A DNA stretch of 6,622 bases, from assembly GCA_051294375.1 (NCBI GenBank), contig JBJCIZ010001023.1:1-6622 (forward strand), read 5' to 3'. Under the pieces are notes generated by a model. That model made no database searches. It saw nothing but the letters and a program-made list of their open reading frames with translations, and was not told where the DNA came from. The DNA comes from Paraspadella gotoi (Eukaryota > Animalia > Chaetognatha). The position numbers were made by a program, and so were the translations under genes. Numbering within the stretch: position 1 is the stretch's first letter; each line of letters begins with the position of its first letter. This document shows, one piece after another, positions 6,540 through 6,622 of this stretch.

Positions 6540-6622
6540 AAGTAAATTTCCTAGAAAAAAACTGTCCTTATATAGGGGCGTTGACCAATGAAATGTTTCG
6601 TAGTTTTTCATTGGTTTATTTT
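6540..6622 (-). promoter_or_regulatory. Putative RNA polymerase II core promoter, copy 2 (CCAAT - TATATAA - Inr-like)
   Basis: Exact 21-mer AAGTAAATTTCCTAGAAAAAA 6540-6560 = 2799-2819; TTATATAGGGG 6568-6578 = 2822-2832; ATTGGTT 6610-6616 = 2860-2866. TATA start (6574) to Inr-like A (6543) is 31 nt. A second CCAAT lies on the + strand at 6585-6589. Confidence 0.6.

Larger units (their letters stand above)
30..6622. repeat. Hierarchical (nested) inverted-repeat array of one diverged ~250-350 nt unit in alternating orientation with AT-rich linkers
   Basis: Collinear anchors recur on both strands. CTCGTCT(TC)CGAAAAG 4835-4850 and 5640-5653; CGTCTCGAAAA 1362-1372 = 5642-5652. CGCTGGCCG 4876-4884 = rc 3377-3385. 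CCACCCCAAT 5712-5721 = rc 3350-3359. AATTT.GCC.AGGA..ATCCCAC..ATCC 2963-2996 resembles 3582-3622. ACGACTCGAGC 1253-1263 = 4924-4934. CCCTTCGGCTC 2506-2516 = 3621-3631. Confidence 0.75.

Noticed and set aside
2798-6622. The two promoter-like copies as LTRs of a retrotransposon
   Set aside because: No TG...CA ends, primer-binding site or gag/pol remnants are visible, and the homology is part of a longer higher-order repeat.
1-6622. CRISPR array, rRNA or tRNA genes
   Set aside because: No regularly spaced identical short repeats, conserved rRNA signatures or tRNA cloverleaf were recognised.

Overview
I find no credible protein-coding gene in this window, and 1060 of 6622 nt are N (six gaps). 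The readable sequence alternates GC/CpG-richer blocks of about 150-350 nt with AT-rich linkers. By-eye alignment indicates these blocks are diverged copies of one ancestral unit laid down in alternating orientation. They form palindromes nested in palindromes: local mirror centres near 3139, 4420, 4720 and 5070, centres inside units near 3608 and 5250, and higher-order centres inside the 1866-2481 gap, at 3792/3793 and near 5920, giving a direct period of about 3.6-4.3 kb. Copies differ mostly by indels. Among the best-conserved duplicated segments is a minus-strand CCAAT-TATA-Inr cassette (2798-2871 and 6540-6622). The right-hand copy is followed by a plausible GT-AG intron (6457-6206), suggesting a spliced Pol II non-coding transcript through the hairpin array. 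The source looks eukaryotic or like a nuclear-replicating eukaryotic DNA virus, but I cannot identify it. All alignments are manual and no identity statistics were computed.
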